From Octopus bimaculoides (lineage: Eukaryota), in the NCBI RefSeq assembly GCF_001194135.2, contig NC_068998.1, forward strand, positions 16,504,258 to 16,568,257: 64,000 bases of DNA. The letters are read 5' to 3'. Below the pieces are notes generated by a model that worked only from the letters and a program-made list of their open reading frames with translations, did no database searches and was not told the origin of the DNA. The position numbers and the translations under genes were made by a program. Below are positions 49,011 through 62,730 of the stretch, piece by piece; position 1 is the stretch's first letter; each line of letters starts with the position of its first letter.

Positions 49011-50354
49011 TGAGAATGGTAACATTATTCAAATATTCAGTCTTCTACTTACTTCAAAATGAATGAGTCATGGAAAATTTAAAAGATCGGTGAAGATTGA
49101 TGTAAATCAATGAATGAATGAATAACTAGCAATGAAAATGTTGATGTCAAACTGTCATTTAAAGCATCTTTATACAAAGTGTCTGATGGCTCACCATAGA
49201 ATGGTCAAATTAATTTACTGATGAATGGTAAATCAAAGTTCTGTTAAAGTTTTGTCAGCTGTTTTTCCTGTATTCCTTTCTAAGTTGAGAGACAATAACT
49301 AGTAGTATTCACTGAGGGGAATGGTTACAGCAATAGAATCCACACACTTTTTGTTCTTGTGGAGCTGGTGGCAGAGAGGTGAGCAATTAATTGATTTCAA
49401 AGTTTGGCACAAGACCACCAATTTGGGGTAAGGGGTAAGCCAATTACATCAACCCCAGTGCTCAACTGGTACTTATTTTATCGACCCTGAAAGGATGGAA
49501 GGTAAATTTGACTGCAACAGAATTTGAACTCAGAACATAAGCTGGACAAAATACTATGAAGTATTTTGCCTGGTGTACCAACGATTCTGGAAGCATGCTG
49601 CCTTCAGGGCGAGTATTTAATTAACAAGAATATTATTTCTTGCTCCGATTTTCATATATGCAAATTTAACATATTTCACAATGCTTCAAGAAAACTTATT
49701 TGAGTCACAGCTGCTTTCTACAGCTGAGTATTTTTAGAAGTTATGAACAAAATCAGCCCTCATAACTACAAACATACAAGTTAACAAAAAAATTTTTTAA
49801 AGAATGGACAGATACATCAAATAAAATCAATTTAATATTACAAATATAGAACTTTAAGACAGCCTGTTTAAACATTACTGCAACTAGCAAAAGCTATATC
49901 TTGGAATGTGTACTTACATAGTAAAGATAATAGATACAGGATTGACCAGACCTCTAATAATGGTTGAAATTAGTTGAATTTTATAAAAATAAGAATAATG
50001 TTACTAAAACGTAGCTTTAATTGATTTGTATGCAATTTCAACAACAACTTCAACTATACACTAATGGTAAAAATTACCAATTTAAAGCTGAAAGAAACAG
50101 CACCATTTTAACTGGGTACTCAACATGCAATGAGGAATTATGCAATCCAGTTTGAAGTGTTTTTAGATATATGTTTACAAAGTGAACCCTCTGAAATAAT
50201 GGTATTAAATTAAAAAACCCAAATAACCTAGGACATTACACACACACACACACACAATGGTCTTCCGCATAGTTTCCATTTACTAAATTCACAATTCACA
50301 ATTCATTCACAAAGCATTGATCAACCTAGAGATATAGTAGAAGACACTTGCACA

Positions 50355-51130
50355 NNNNNNNNNNNNNNNNNNNNNNNNNNNNNNNNNNNNNNNNNNNNNN
50401 NNNNNNNNNNNNNNNNNNNNNNNNNNNNNNNNNNNNNNNNNNNNNNNNNNNNNNNNNNNNNNNNNNNNNNNNNNNNNNNNNNNNNNNNNNNNNNNNNNNN
50501 NNNNNNNNNNNNNNNNNNNNNNNNNNNNNNNNNNNNNNNNNNNNNNNNNNNNNNNNNNNNNNNNNNNNNNNNNNNNNNNNNNNNNNNNNNNNNNNNNNNN
50601 NNNNNNNNNNNNNNNNNNNNNNNNNNNNNNNNNNNNNNNNNNNNNNNNNNNNNNNNNNNNNNNNNNNNNNNNNNNNNNNNNNNNNNNNNNNNNNNNNNNN
50701 NNNNNNNNNNNNNNNNNNNNNNNNNNNNNNNNNNNNNNNNNNNNNNNNNNNNNNNNNNNNNNNNNNNNNNNNNNNNNNNNNNNNNNNNNNNNNNNNNNNN
50801 NNNNNNNNNNNNNNNNNNNNNNNNNNNNNNNNNNNNNNNNNNNNNNNNNNNNNNNNNNNNNNNNNNNNNNNNNNNNNNNNNNNNNNNNNNNNNNNNNNNN
50901 NNNNNNNNNNNNNNNNNNNNNNNNNNNNNNNNNNNNNNNNNNNNNNNNNNNNNNNNNNNNNNNNNNNNNNNNNNNNNNNNNNNNNNNNNNNNNNNNNNNN
51001 NNNNNNNNNNNNNNNNNNNNNNNNNNNNNNNNNNNNNNNNNNNNNNNNNNNNNNNNNNNNNNNNNNNNNNNNNNNNNNNNNNNNNNNNNNNNNNNNNNNN
51101 NNNNNNNNNNNNNNNNNNNNNNNNNNNNNN
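50355..51130. other. Assembly gap; other large gaps at 5912-6095, 13365-13454, 15541-16200, 53600-54369
   Basis: Runs of N. Confidence 1.
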
Positions 51131-51743
51131 AGTCAACGGTCAATCATAATAATGGCCGATCATAACAATGACTGACCGGAAGTTAGAAATTCTTATTTCA
51201 GGAGAGCTAAGAAAGGGGGAGATAACAAACGGTGATCGGGAACGAGGGGCTGTGTGAGGGAGGTAGAATGCTGGTGATCTTGACGTATGTAGTGTGAAAA
51301 TGGGGAAGGGAGAAAGGGAGAAAGTAGTTGGTCAGTTGTAGTGTGTGCGTGGTGTGATGCGAGGGTATTGGTGTGGTGTGCGTGATATATATATATATAT
51401 ATATAATGTGCTGATGTCATGTAGAAAAGCACCCAGTATACTCCGTAAAGTGGTTGGTGTTAGGAAGGGCACCCAGCACTTCCTAACGCCAAAACAGACA
51501 TGGAGTCTCAGCAGCTCTTCAGCTGGCCAGCTCCGATCAAACTGTCCAACCCATGCCAGCATGAAAATGGACGTTAATTGATGATGATGATGATGATGAT
51601 GACGATGATAATGATGAAGAAGAAAGCAAGGAGCACAAAAAAAAAACCAAGATCAGAAGGAAACGTTTTAACAAATGCTTAAAAAGAAGGGAAAATAGTT
51701 TTGATGCTTTGGACACTAGTCCTTCATCAGAAAATTATCAAAA

Positions 51744-51777
<34 letters not shown>

Positions 51778-54369
51778 CGATGGGCTTCTATGTGGTTTCT
51801 ATCAAACAATTTCACTCAGAAAGCAGGTATGTTAGCTATCTGGAGCTTGATGGCAGCAGCAAGAATTTTATTGTCTCAGCGAAAAACTTGAATTTATCAT
51901 ATCCAACTAATATACAAGAGGAATAGGTCAATATTTACTGAAAAACTGATCTGTGACATAGTAGCATGGCGTTCAAGAAATTTGTCTCTAGTTCACTTAA
52001 AAACTAGGGTTACACATTGACCTTATTAACCCAAGTGTTTCCATGAAGAGGTTAAAGAATATCAAGAAACTACAGTGTTTGAAGGAGGATAATAGGTTAA
52101 GATTTTCTTTAAAAGAGTGTGGGTACACTCATAGATTATGTCAATTTGTCTGCAAATGACTTCTGTGAGATTTAAGATTAAAAAATATAATTAACTAGGA
52201 ACATACAGTTTAGACAATTTGAAAGGGTATCAGTCCAAAAATTAATGACATCCTTTCAAAATCTATGTCATCAAATCTATTCTAGTGACAAGTGACCAAG
52301 ACTTTTGGCAGTTTACTATGCTTGAGAAGACACATCAAGCTAAATGAAATCATAGTCGTGGTCAATGCCAGGGACACATAAAAGGCACCTGTGCCAGTGA
52401 CGCATAAGAGACCCAGGACACTCTATGGAGTGGTTGGCGTTAGGAAGGGCAACCAGTTGTAAAAACCAAGCCAAAACAGACTGGATCATGGTGCAGGTCT
52501 CAGTCAAACCATCTAACCCATGCCAGCATGGAAAACAGACACTTAATAATAATAATGATAATGACCATAAAGATTATATGAAATAATTATTTCTAAAAAT
52601 TTGGAACTATTTAAACAAAAGAAAAAAATTTATAAACCTTCAAGAAAACATGAAATAATTCTTTTTGGAATTGGATCTTGGAGTACATATAAAGCCTTCG
52701 ATGTTTTCTATCCCAAAGGGTTTTACAACCTAAAATTTACATGCTGTTATTTGTAGTATTATATGTACTTCAAGATCCAAATCCAAAATATAATTTTTTT
52801 TAAAAATGGTTAATTTACTTCTGATAGCCATTCCAGATATCGGTCATAATACATTTCATCAAATCACTTACAAATTTAAATGGTAAAATTATAATCAAGT
52901 TGGTGAAACTAGCAGTAACAGATAAGCTATGAAAAACACACTGTATTAATTCTATACATCTTTTATATTTTACTTGTTTCAGTCATTGGACTGTAGCAAT
53001 GCTGGAGCACTGCCTTTTAGCTGAATGAATCAAGTGAGGTGGAGGACAAATACAACTAAAAAGACACACACACACATGTCTACAATGAGCTTCTTTCAGT
53101 TTCTGTGTACCAAATTCACTCACAAGACAATATTAAAAGACACTTGCCCAAGATGCCAAGCACTCATGAGTCTGGATTTTTTTTTTTTTTGAGTCTTATA
53201 AGTATCTAATACTACATTTACCAATGCATCTGTCCTATTTTTAAGACAGTAGGAAGACTGCAGTTTTTACACACTGGAAGTGTGGTGAATTTGAAAAATT
53301 ATAATGTATAACGAAGAGACATGTTAATCGTCTCTTAATTATGTGTTAGTGTTATGACACAGTCACTGATGAAAAATTCACCTAGCAAATTATTTTATTT
53401 GCTAAAAAAAAATTTTGAAACCTAGGTCTGACCCGCAATAAAATAACAAGGTAAAAGTTCTTATTTTTCATTCCTTTTGAAGATTGCTCTTAAATGTAGT
53501 TTTGGTCGTTTTGACTGCTTCTTCTAGCGTGTAAAAACTGGATGTTGAAGACAGTTTTCTCTTGTGTTTAAATGTACACTATTTTATACTGGGTATATAN
53601 NNNNNNNNNNNNNNNNNNNNNNNNNNNNNNNNNNNNNNNNNNNNNNNNNNNNNNNNNNNNNNNNNNNNNNNNNNNNNNNNNNNNNNNNNNNNNNNNNNNN
53701 NNNNNNNNNNNNNNNNNNNNNNNNNNNNNNNNNNNNNNNNNNNNNNNNNNNNNNNNNNNNNNNNNNNNNNNNNNNNNNNNNNNNNNNNNNNNNNNNNNNN
53801 NNNNNNNNNNNNNNNNNNNNNNNNNNNNNNNNNNNNNNNNNNNNNNNNNNNNNNNNNNNNNNNNNNNNNNNNNNNNNNNNNNNNNNNNNNNNNNNNNNNN
53901 NNNNNNNNNNNNNNNNNNNNNNNNNNNNNNNNNNNNNNNNNNNNNNNNNNNNNNNNNNNNNNNNNNNNNNNNNNNNNNNNNNNNNNNNNNNNNNNNNNNN
54001 NNNNNNNNNNNNNNNNNNNNNNNNNNNNNNNNNNNNNNNNNNNNNNNNNNNNNNNNNNNNNNNNNNNNNNNNNNNNNNNNNNNNNNNNNNNNNNNNNNNN
54101 NNNNNNNNNNNNNNNNNNNNNNNNNNNNNNNNNNNNNNNNNNNNNNNNNNNNNNNNNNNNNNNNNNNNNNNNNNNNNNNNNNNNNNNNNNNNNNNNNNNN
54201 NNNNNNNNNNNNNNNNNNNNNNNNNNNNNNNNNNNNNNNNNNNNNNNNNNNNNNNNNNNNNNNNNNNNNNNNNNNNNNNNNNNNNNNNNNNNNNNNNNNN
54301 NNNNNNNNNNNNNNNNNNNNNNNNNNNNNNNNNNNNNNNNNNNNNNNNNNNNNNNNNNNNNNNNNNNNN

Positions 54370-54403
<34 letters not shown>

Positions 54404-56901
54404 GACGGGCTTCTTTCAGTTTCCGTCTACCAAATCCACTCACAAGGCTTTGGTCGGCCCGAGGCTATAGTAGAAGACACTTGCCCAAGGTGTCACGCAG
54501 TGGGACTGAACCCAGAACCATGTGGTCGGTAACCAAGCTACTTACCACACAGCCACTCCTGCGCCTGAATTTTTCTCATTCATTCTTAAGCCCCAAAATG
54601 TTTTCGACTGCAATTCTATCACAAGTTATCAACTCGGTTATGATTAATCTGAAGATTTCAATTACCAGGTTCTAAGGGCTCCTGACTTCATTTTCATATA
54701 ACACTCATAACCTTACAAACTACTGTATACATTAAAAGGCATTGCAAAGATACCTACTGTATATCATATAATACAGTGAACATACAAACTGAGCTGTAGC
54801 TATCATTTTCTTTTTTTTCTTTTCTCTCTCTCTCTCTTATTCATCTTGTCTACACTTTTGTCTTTAATCTTTTACTTGTTTCAGTCCTGAGAGTGCAGCC
54901 ATGCTGGGGCACCACCTTGAAGAATTTTTAGTTGAATGAATTGACCCCAGTACTTATCTATTTTTTTTAAGCCTGGTACTTATTCTATCCGTCTATTTTG
55001 CCTAACTACTAAGTTATGGGCAGGTAAATACACCAACAACAGTGGCAGGGGACAAAGACACACACACATATACGACAGGTTTCTTTCAGTTTCCATCTGC
55101 CAAATCTACTCATAAGACTTTGGTCAGCCTGAGGCTATAATAGAAACACTTGCCCAAGGTGCCACACAGTGGGACTGAACCTGGAACAATATGATTGGGA
55201 AGCAAGCTTCTTACGACACTTAATTTAATTTTTTATTATATGGCAAAGTCCTGATATGCATTGAGCAATGGAAGTATCCTCTAATGCCAGAATTCATAAT
55301 GTAAATGTACTAAAATGAAAATTTGAATAATCAACGAACTTCATCACAAATATACACATTACAACCTTTACCATATATCCTTGTTTGATTGCCAAGCAAA
55401 TAAATAAACAATTGAACTGTAAGTCAAAGAGTCAATAGATCACATTCTAATAACTGTCCATCCTGAGCTGTGCCTATAGCAAGAAGCATAACACCTATTG
55501 ACTCAGGTAAAAAACATAGCTTCCATTCATAGCTACAACTCTAAGGAGTAGAAAGAAGCACTTTATAATTAGCAAGTGTTTTGTTAGTTTTTCAACATTA
55601 AACTAAACTCCAACTCTAACAAACGCAATTTGAAATATGATCAGCTTCCCATTAAATTTATCATCGCCACAACTATAAAGAAGTAAACTTGAGACAAATG
55701 AATGTAACTGTTTAAGTTATGTGGAAAATGTTAACCTACATATCTTGTTTCTAACCTTTAACTCATTGTGTAATGAATAGGGTATTAAAATCTTGACATA
55801 TTCAATTCATCCCAGTTTTACAATATTTATCACTAGTAGTTTATGTATAAATCTGTAATCCAATCTGGTCTTATTTCACCTTAGACACAACAGGATACTA
55901 TTCTTTTTAGTGCTGTTTTTTTTTTTTATATTTTTCATCAGCCTACTAACATCTGTTCTTTTTTTTTCTCTTTCACTTGTTTTTCAGTCACTGCACTGCA
56001 ACCAAGCTGAGGCACTACCTTGACGGGTTTTATCAAACAAAAAACCCAGTACTTTTTTTAAAGTCTGGTTCTTATTCTATCAGTCTTTTTTGCTCCACTG
56101 CTAAGTTACAGGGACATAAACAAAACAACACTGGTTGTCAAGTAGTGGGGGTATAAATACACACACACACATATGTATACATATACATACACACACACAC
56201 AACAGGCTTCCACACATTTCTATCTACCAAATTCACTCACATGGCATTGGTTAGTCCAGGAGTAGAAGATAATTGCCCAAGGTGCCACGCAATGGGACTG
56301 AAACCAAAATGATGTGGTTGCAAAGTAAGCTAAGAAATAAACAGATAAATAAATATAAGAAATGATAGGGATACCATGGCCAGTGAACAGAATAAACATC
56401 AATGAAAAAATATTTGAAACAAAATTCTATGAAGGTGTGCATATATTTTGAACACAAAAGAGTAAAGACACCTTTTGGTCATGGATGACCATAGGATTGC
56501 ACCTAGAAAGTTACCCTCCGAGGCACAAGTCCATGCAAGGTTGTTTAGGAAAGACCAGCAGTCACCCAGGTATACCAGCTTCCCCTTTTCGTGTCACCGA
56601 TATTGTCCAAGGGAAAGACAAAGGCCAATGCAGCTTGGCACCAGTGATGTCACAGCTGAGTGAATTGGAGCAACATGAAATAAAGTGTCTTGCTCAAGAA
56701 CACAACACACAGCCCAGCCTGGGAATCAAACTCACTACTTTAGGATTATGAGCCCGACACTCTAACTACTGAGCCATATGCATTCACAAACATGTTTCTA
56801 ATATATAAGGGTTGTGAAAAGGGCAATGAAAGTAACGGAGTGCACAACATAACTAACCAGTGCTATAGTTATTAAAAACATTGAATCCCTGTAGAGTCAG
56901 A

Positions 56902-56934
<33 letters not shown>

Positions 56935-57363
56935 AGCTTACTTCTTAACCATGTGGTCTCAGGCTCAATCTTGCTGTATGCCACCTTGGGCAAGGGCCAA
57001 CCAAAGCTTTGTGGGTGGATTTGGTATTTGGTAGATGGAAACTGGAAGAAGCTTGTCATATGTGTGTAAGAAGTTTACTTCTTAACCATGTCATCTCAGA
57101 TTCAATCCCATTCTATGTCACCTTAGGCAAGTGTCTTCTACAAGAGCCCTGAGCTGACCAAAGCTTTGTGAGTGGATTTGTAGATGGGGAAACTAGAAGA
57201 AGCTTGTCATGTGTGTGTGTGTGTGTGTTTTACTTCGTTTAGGATTAAAACATCAAAATCGAGATAAACGCAAATGCTCCATCTGATAGGCTTGATAATT
57301 GTTGAGGTATTCCGGTATTCCTTAACATGAAACCAATGGTAGGTAGCCTTAATACACAAATAA

Positions 57364-57403
<40 letters not shown>

Positions 57404-57752
57404 GCACACACACACACACAGACAAAACCTCCATTGTCACAGTATGATATCGCTGGACCTTTGAATTACAATCCATTTGACAGGCTTTCACATTTTCAGT
57501 CTGCAAATGATATCTGGCCAAGATGCCATGCAATAGGATTGAACCTGGGGGTCATTCATGATTGCAGTGTGAACTTCTTAACCATTTGAGGAAATCTAAC
57601 CTTGCTTGGAAATGACTGTAGAAAATCTGCCTCAATAAATTCCATCTGACCCATGCAAGCTAAGTAGACATTAAGATATGAAATAAATGAAGGCACATTT
57701 AAATTATATTCCTTCCAACCACAAACTCATACTATAATCCTTTAGCATTTAA

Positions 57753-57973
57753 CCCTTATGATACCAACCCAGCTGAAACCAGCTCTGGCTCTGTAGTACA
57801 AAAGTCTTGCTTTCATAAGTTTTTAATTAAAATCTTCCACCAAACCTCAGTCACAACTTATGTTCCTAACACTAACTTAATGATAACTAAGTTATTTCAC
57901 TAAATTTTTAGTTATATTTAAAATTAATTGAAAGAAACACAGAGCATCTCAAAAGAAATACTAAACGAAAGGG
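57753..57973. mobile_element. Second piggyBac-type MITE family nested in a TTAA of the first family
   Basis: TTAA|CCCTTATGATACC ... AAACGAAAGGG|TTAA; removing it restores GCATTTAAACCAGCC of the host MITE. Confidence 0.7.
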
Positions 57974-59424
57974 TTAAACCAGCCAAATCCAGCTCAAATA
58001 TACTACCTGTTTTATGTTCTAACCCGCCAGATCCAGCCTATCACACCTACCCTTCAAGGCCGTCATAAAATATACAAACACATTATCAAAATTTCAAAGC
58101 TACAAAATAATGCATAATTAAATAAAGATAACTTGAATGAAAAAGTATTACATTTGACAGAATAATCTGGATGCTAACGGTTAAATATCACTCTCTCATT
58201 CAAGCACACACATAATACATATCTTTTATCTTTTACTCATTTCAGTCACTAGACAACAGCCATGCTGGGGCAGCCTCAAAGAATTTTAGTTGAACGAACT
58301 AATCTCAGTGCTTATTTTTTTTTAAAGCCTGGTACTTATTCTATCATTTTCTTTTGCTGAATTGCTAAATTACAGGGACATAAACACACCTACACCGGTT
58401 AAGCAGTGATGAGAGGACAAAGACAGACACATACACACATATATATGATGGGCTTTTATTAGTTTCCATCTATCAAATCCACTCACAAGGCTTTGGTCAG
58501 CCCAAGGCTACAGTAGAAGACACTTGCCCAAGGTGCCACACAGTGGAACTAAACCCAAAACCATGTGGTTGAGAAGCAAACCCCTTACCACACTGCCATA
58601 TTTGCACCTTTTTTCCTTTGTTTTGCTTGCTTAAGTCATTGGACTACAGCCATGCCAGGGCACCACATTGAAGGGTTTAGTTGAAAAACCAACCCCAGTC
58701 ATCATCATCATCGTTTAACGTCCGCTTTCCATGCTAGCATGGGTTGGACGATTTGACTGAGGACTGGTGAACCAAATGGCTACACCAGGCTCCAATCTGA
58801 TTTGGCAGAGTTTCTACAGCTGGATGGCCTTCCTAACGCCAAACTCTGAGAGTGTAGTGGGTGCTTTTATGTGCCACCGGCACGAAGGCCAGTCAGGCGG
58901 TACTGGCAATGGCCACGCTCAAAATGGTGTATTTTACGTGCCACCTGCACAGGAGCCAGTCCAGCGGCACTGGCAACGATCCCGCTCGAATGTCTTTACA
59001 CGTGCCAGGAAGGCGATGCTGGGCACAGGTGCCATCACGGGTCTAGTACAGAAGTATCAGACTGAAAGCAATACCTCAATCCCAACTAGCCTTTTAGGAA
59101 AAAAAAAGTTTTGCTGAACTGCTAAGTTATTCAGGATGTAAAGAAACTAACACCTGTTGTCAAGTGGTAGAAGGGAAGGAAACAAACACAAAGATACATA
59201 TGTGTATACCTGTGGCATGTAAAAAGCACTTAGTACACTCTGTAAAGTGGTTGGTACTAGGAAGGGCATCCAGCTGTAGAAATCTTTCCACAACAGACAA
59301 TTTGGAGTCTGGACAGCTCCCTGGCTGGCCCACTCCTTTCAAACCAGACAACCTACGCCAGCATGGAAAATAAACATTAAACGATGATGATGATGATGAT
59401 AATATATCTTTATGTATTCATTTA

Positions 59425-59900
59425 TTCTTTTACTTGTTTCAGTCATTTGATTGCAGCCATGCTGGAGCACCACCTTAAAGGGTTTTTAGTTGAAGAAATC
59501 AATCCCGGGACTTATACTTAGTAAGCCTAATACTTATTCTATCAGTCTCTTTTGCCGAACTACTAAGTTACAGGGATGTAAACACACCAACATCAGTTGT
59601 CAAGCAATAGTGGGGGCACAAACACATAAATAAATAAATAAATATATNNNNNNNNNNNNNNNNNNNATATATATATATATATATATATACATACATATAT
59701 ACACATACATACAACAGGCTTTTTTTCAGTTTCTGTCTACCAAATCCACTCCCAAGGCTTTGGTCAGCCCAAAGCCATAGTAGAAGACACTTGCCCAAGG
59801 TGCCATGCAGAGAGACTGGCCTAAGGTGCCATGCAGTGGGGCTGAACCCAGGACCATGTGGTTGGGAAACAAGCTTCTTACAACACAGCCACCTGCAACT
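59425..59900 (-). mobile_element. tRNA-derived SINE family B with CORE-like CCTTGGGCAAGT motif and central (TA/CA)n (>15 full or partial copies, e.g. 4300-4790, 9080-9460, 17620-17890, 54865-55220, 58220-58600)
   Basis: Recurrent head GCTGTGTGGTAAGAAGCTT...GGTTCAGTCCC...CCTTGGGCAAGTGTCTTCTACTATAGCC and tail GGTGCTCCAGCATGGCCGCAGTC...GACTGAAACAAGTAAAAG. Confidence 0.9.
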
Positions 59901-60675
59901 ATACATATATGTCAGGTTTCAATGGGGTTCCACACAATTTCCCTCTACTATATTCACTCACAAGGCATTGGTCAGCCCAAGGTATTGCAGAAGACACTTG
60001 CCAAAAGTATTGCGTAATGGGACTGAACCCTGAATCCGAAACTATGTGTCTGCAAAGCAAACTTCTGAAAACACACACCCATGCCACTTTCAAAAACACA
60101 AATGTATATAGAAAATAAAGAAGAAAACAAACAAAACAAATGATAACTCAAGTTCTGGCTGAACCCAAGGAAAACATAATTGTATTCTGATGTGACATGT
60201 AAAAATAAAACACAAACTGAAAAATGATATTAATGATAATGATGATTATTTTTCTTCTTTTGTCTTTTTTTTATTTAGCAAAACAATGTTTTTTTTTTTT
60301 CATTTTTTTATAGGGAAGAGATTGACTTAGCTGCAGTATAACACTGGTACTTATTTTATTTACCTTTACAAGGGCAAAAGACAAAATCAGCTTCAGCAGA
60401 ATTTCAACCCGAAATTGCATACTATAGTAATAGTTACTAACTTAGATTTGGTAATAATAATAATCTTTTCTACTCTAGGCACAAGGCCTGAAATATTTGA
60501 GGAGGGGGCCAATCGATTAGATCGACCCCAGTATGCAACTGGTACTTAATTTATCAGCCCCAAAAGGATGAAAGCAAAGCCAACCTCAGTGGAATTTGAA
60601 CTGAGAACATAAAGACAGACAAAATACCGCTAAGCATTTTGCACGGCATGCTAACATTTCTGCCAGCTCACCACC

Positions 60676-60715
<40 letters not shown>

Positions 60716-60717
60716 GT

Positions 60718-61093
60718 ACTCAGAGAGCGCAAACTTCCACCAAGGCAACACCAACATCCTCTCAATGATTAGCTGGAAATGATTTTTAAAATGAGAATAT
60801 CTGAAATAAACTTGAATGCTCTCACAAACAAGAATACTAAAAATGAACCCAACTGCTCTCAAAAATTAAGTTTAAAAAAACACAGGAAAAATAATCCAGA
60901 ATCCTTGTCCAGTACGAGATCGATCCCAAAATTTAATCAGTTCATGCCAGTCATGAGGCCAAACATCCCTGAAAGTTTCATCTGAATCCATCTACCGGTT
61001 CTTGAGATATCCTGTCCATGGACAAACAAACAAACACAACTGAAAACAATTTGTTTATTATTACCTCCGCCTTAGCAAAGGCAGAGGTAATAA
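60718..61093 (+). mobile_element. Helentron-type non-autonomous element (HINE/DINE-1-like), apparently intact
   Basis: 5' ACTCAGAGAGCGCAAACTTCCACCAAGG sub-terminal motif, internal (ACAA/ACAG)n, and 3' hairpin ACCTCCGCCTT-AGC-AAAGGCAGAGGT. Confidence 0.6.
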
Positions 61094-61099
61094 TAAACA

Positions 61100-61441
61100 A
61101 AAAAATAAACAACTATGACAATTTAAAGTGGAGAAGAAGGAAAAATAAACAACTATGGCAATTTAAGTGGGAAATACGAAGATTGTGGTCAATGGAGTAG
61201 ACATGATACTAATAGTAATTGGTGCACTTGAGAGTATCAGCACTCAACTACCAGCACGGCTGAAAAAGATTGATGCAACAGTGAAGGTAGAACACCAACA
61301 ACAATTAGCATTGCTTGGAGTGGCAAGAATTCTTCGCTGGGTTCTTGAAGCATGACCAGTAAACAAGTGTCACCTTAGTCTGCTGGTTGTGGACAGCTGA
61401 CACTTTCCAATCATACCCAGCAAAATAAGCTGTGAGTTTTC

Positions 61442-61445
<4 letters not shown>
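61100..61445 (+). mobile_element. 3' end of an R4/Dong-type element (RLE C-terminus + 3' UTR) ending in (TAA)n
   Basis: NYGNLKWEIRRLWSM...IVIGALESI...LALLGVARILRWVLEA* resembles the conserved R4/Dong C-terminus; ~90-nt UTR then (TAA)n at 61445-61500. Confidence 0.75.
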
Positions 61446-61498
<53 letters not shown>

Positions 61499-61504
61499 TA
61501 ATTT

Positions 61505-62730
61505 ATAAAATAGCACCTACTCTGCAAAACTTCTTATCTGTAAGTATGAGATCATGGTGAATCACACTGACTTTGAACAGTGACAATGAATCTTTCAATA
61601 CTGGAGATGTAAGAACGGCATTTACCAGGGCGACTTTCTATCACCACTTCTCTTTTGTCTTGCCTTAATACCTCTTTCGAAATTGCTCAATGATGTACAA
61701 TATGGCTATAAAATTTTTGATAAAAATATAAACCATCTTTTTTACATGGATGATTTAAAGCTCTTTGCAAAAACTGACCCACAACTACAGGGCTTACTAG
61801 TAATTGTTAAACAGTTCAGTGATGACATCAGGATGGAATTTGGCCTCGATAAATGTGCAAAAGCTACTTTTATCTGAGGGAAAATGATAGAAACATCCAA
61901 CATTAATTTTGACCAACAGAATGTCAGAGAAGAGCTAGAACCAGTGGAGAGCTACAAATATCTAGAGGCATTTGAAGGTAATGGAATCAAATATTCAATG
62001 ATGAGGGAAAAGATCAGAAAAGAATGTTATCGCAGGGCAAGGGCAATACTCAAGACAGAGCTGAATGCAAGAAACAGGATTGAAGCAATCAATACTTTAG
62101 CCATACTGGTCATGACTTACAGTTTCAATATTATTAACTGTTCAATTACTGAAATCTGTAATCTTGGCAGAAAAATACGAAAATTGTTGACAATGCATAA
62201 AATGCATCACCCTAAGGCAGATATAGACTGACTACCTGCCAAGAAAAGAGGGTGACTGTGGGCTTTCACAACTGGAATTAACAATGGAGATTGTCACAAT
62301 TGGCCTAAACACCTACCTGAAAAACTCTGATGACTGGATGTTAAAACTTGTCTTAAAGTATGAAAACAAGAAAACATACTCAGTAACAAAACCGGCAAAG
62401 GAATATCTGAGTGAATTCCAAATACAACAAATCCCAGAATTAGACGTACTGGAAACAAGCACAGAAAAAGCTAAGTGTATGAAAACTCGTGCTAAAACTG
62501 CTGCCTTAGATATTCTTACTGATAAATGGTAAGAAAATCCTCTCAATAGCAAATACTCAAAGAGAGCTGATAATGCCAATGTTGACAAAGCACTTACCCA
62601 TCAATGGTTAGTGTCTTCTGGCTTAAAATGAGAGACAGAAGGGTTTATCACAGCAGCCCAAGATCAATGCCTACCTACAAGAAGCTACCAGGCCAAGATC
62701 TTAAAGAACAGCAGTAGCCTAACATGTAAT
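61505..62730 (+). mobile_element. 5'-truncated, degenerate R4/Dong-clade non-LTR retrotransposon (RT to start of CCHC region), cut by a SINE at ~62740
   Basis: Translates GIYQGDFLSPLLFCLALIPLS (61617), HLFYMDDLKL (YMDD at 61743), YKYL, AINTLAILVMTYSF, HPKADID, ETEGFITAAQDQCLPTRSY; several stops and frameshifts. Confidence 0.88.

Noticed and set aside
49918-50087. Minus-strand 170-nt segment with consensus splice signals
   Set aside because: Stops in all frames; a non-coding exon cannot be supported from sequence alone.
57231-57350. Exon-like open segment on the minus strand (ATYHWFHVKEYRNTS...)
   Set aside because: Similar sequence occurs at ~9843-9945 on the + strand, so it is an interspersed repeat fragment.
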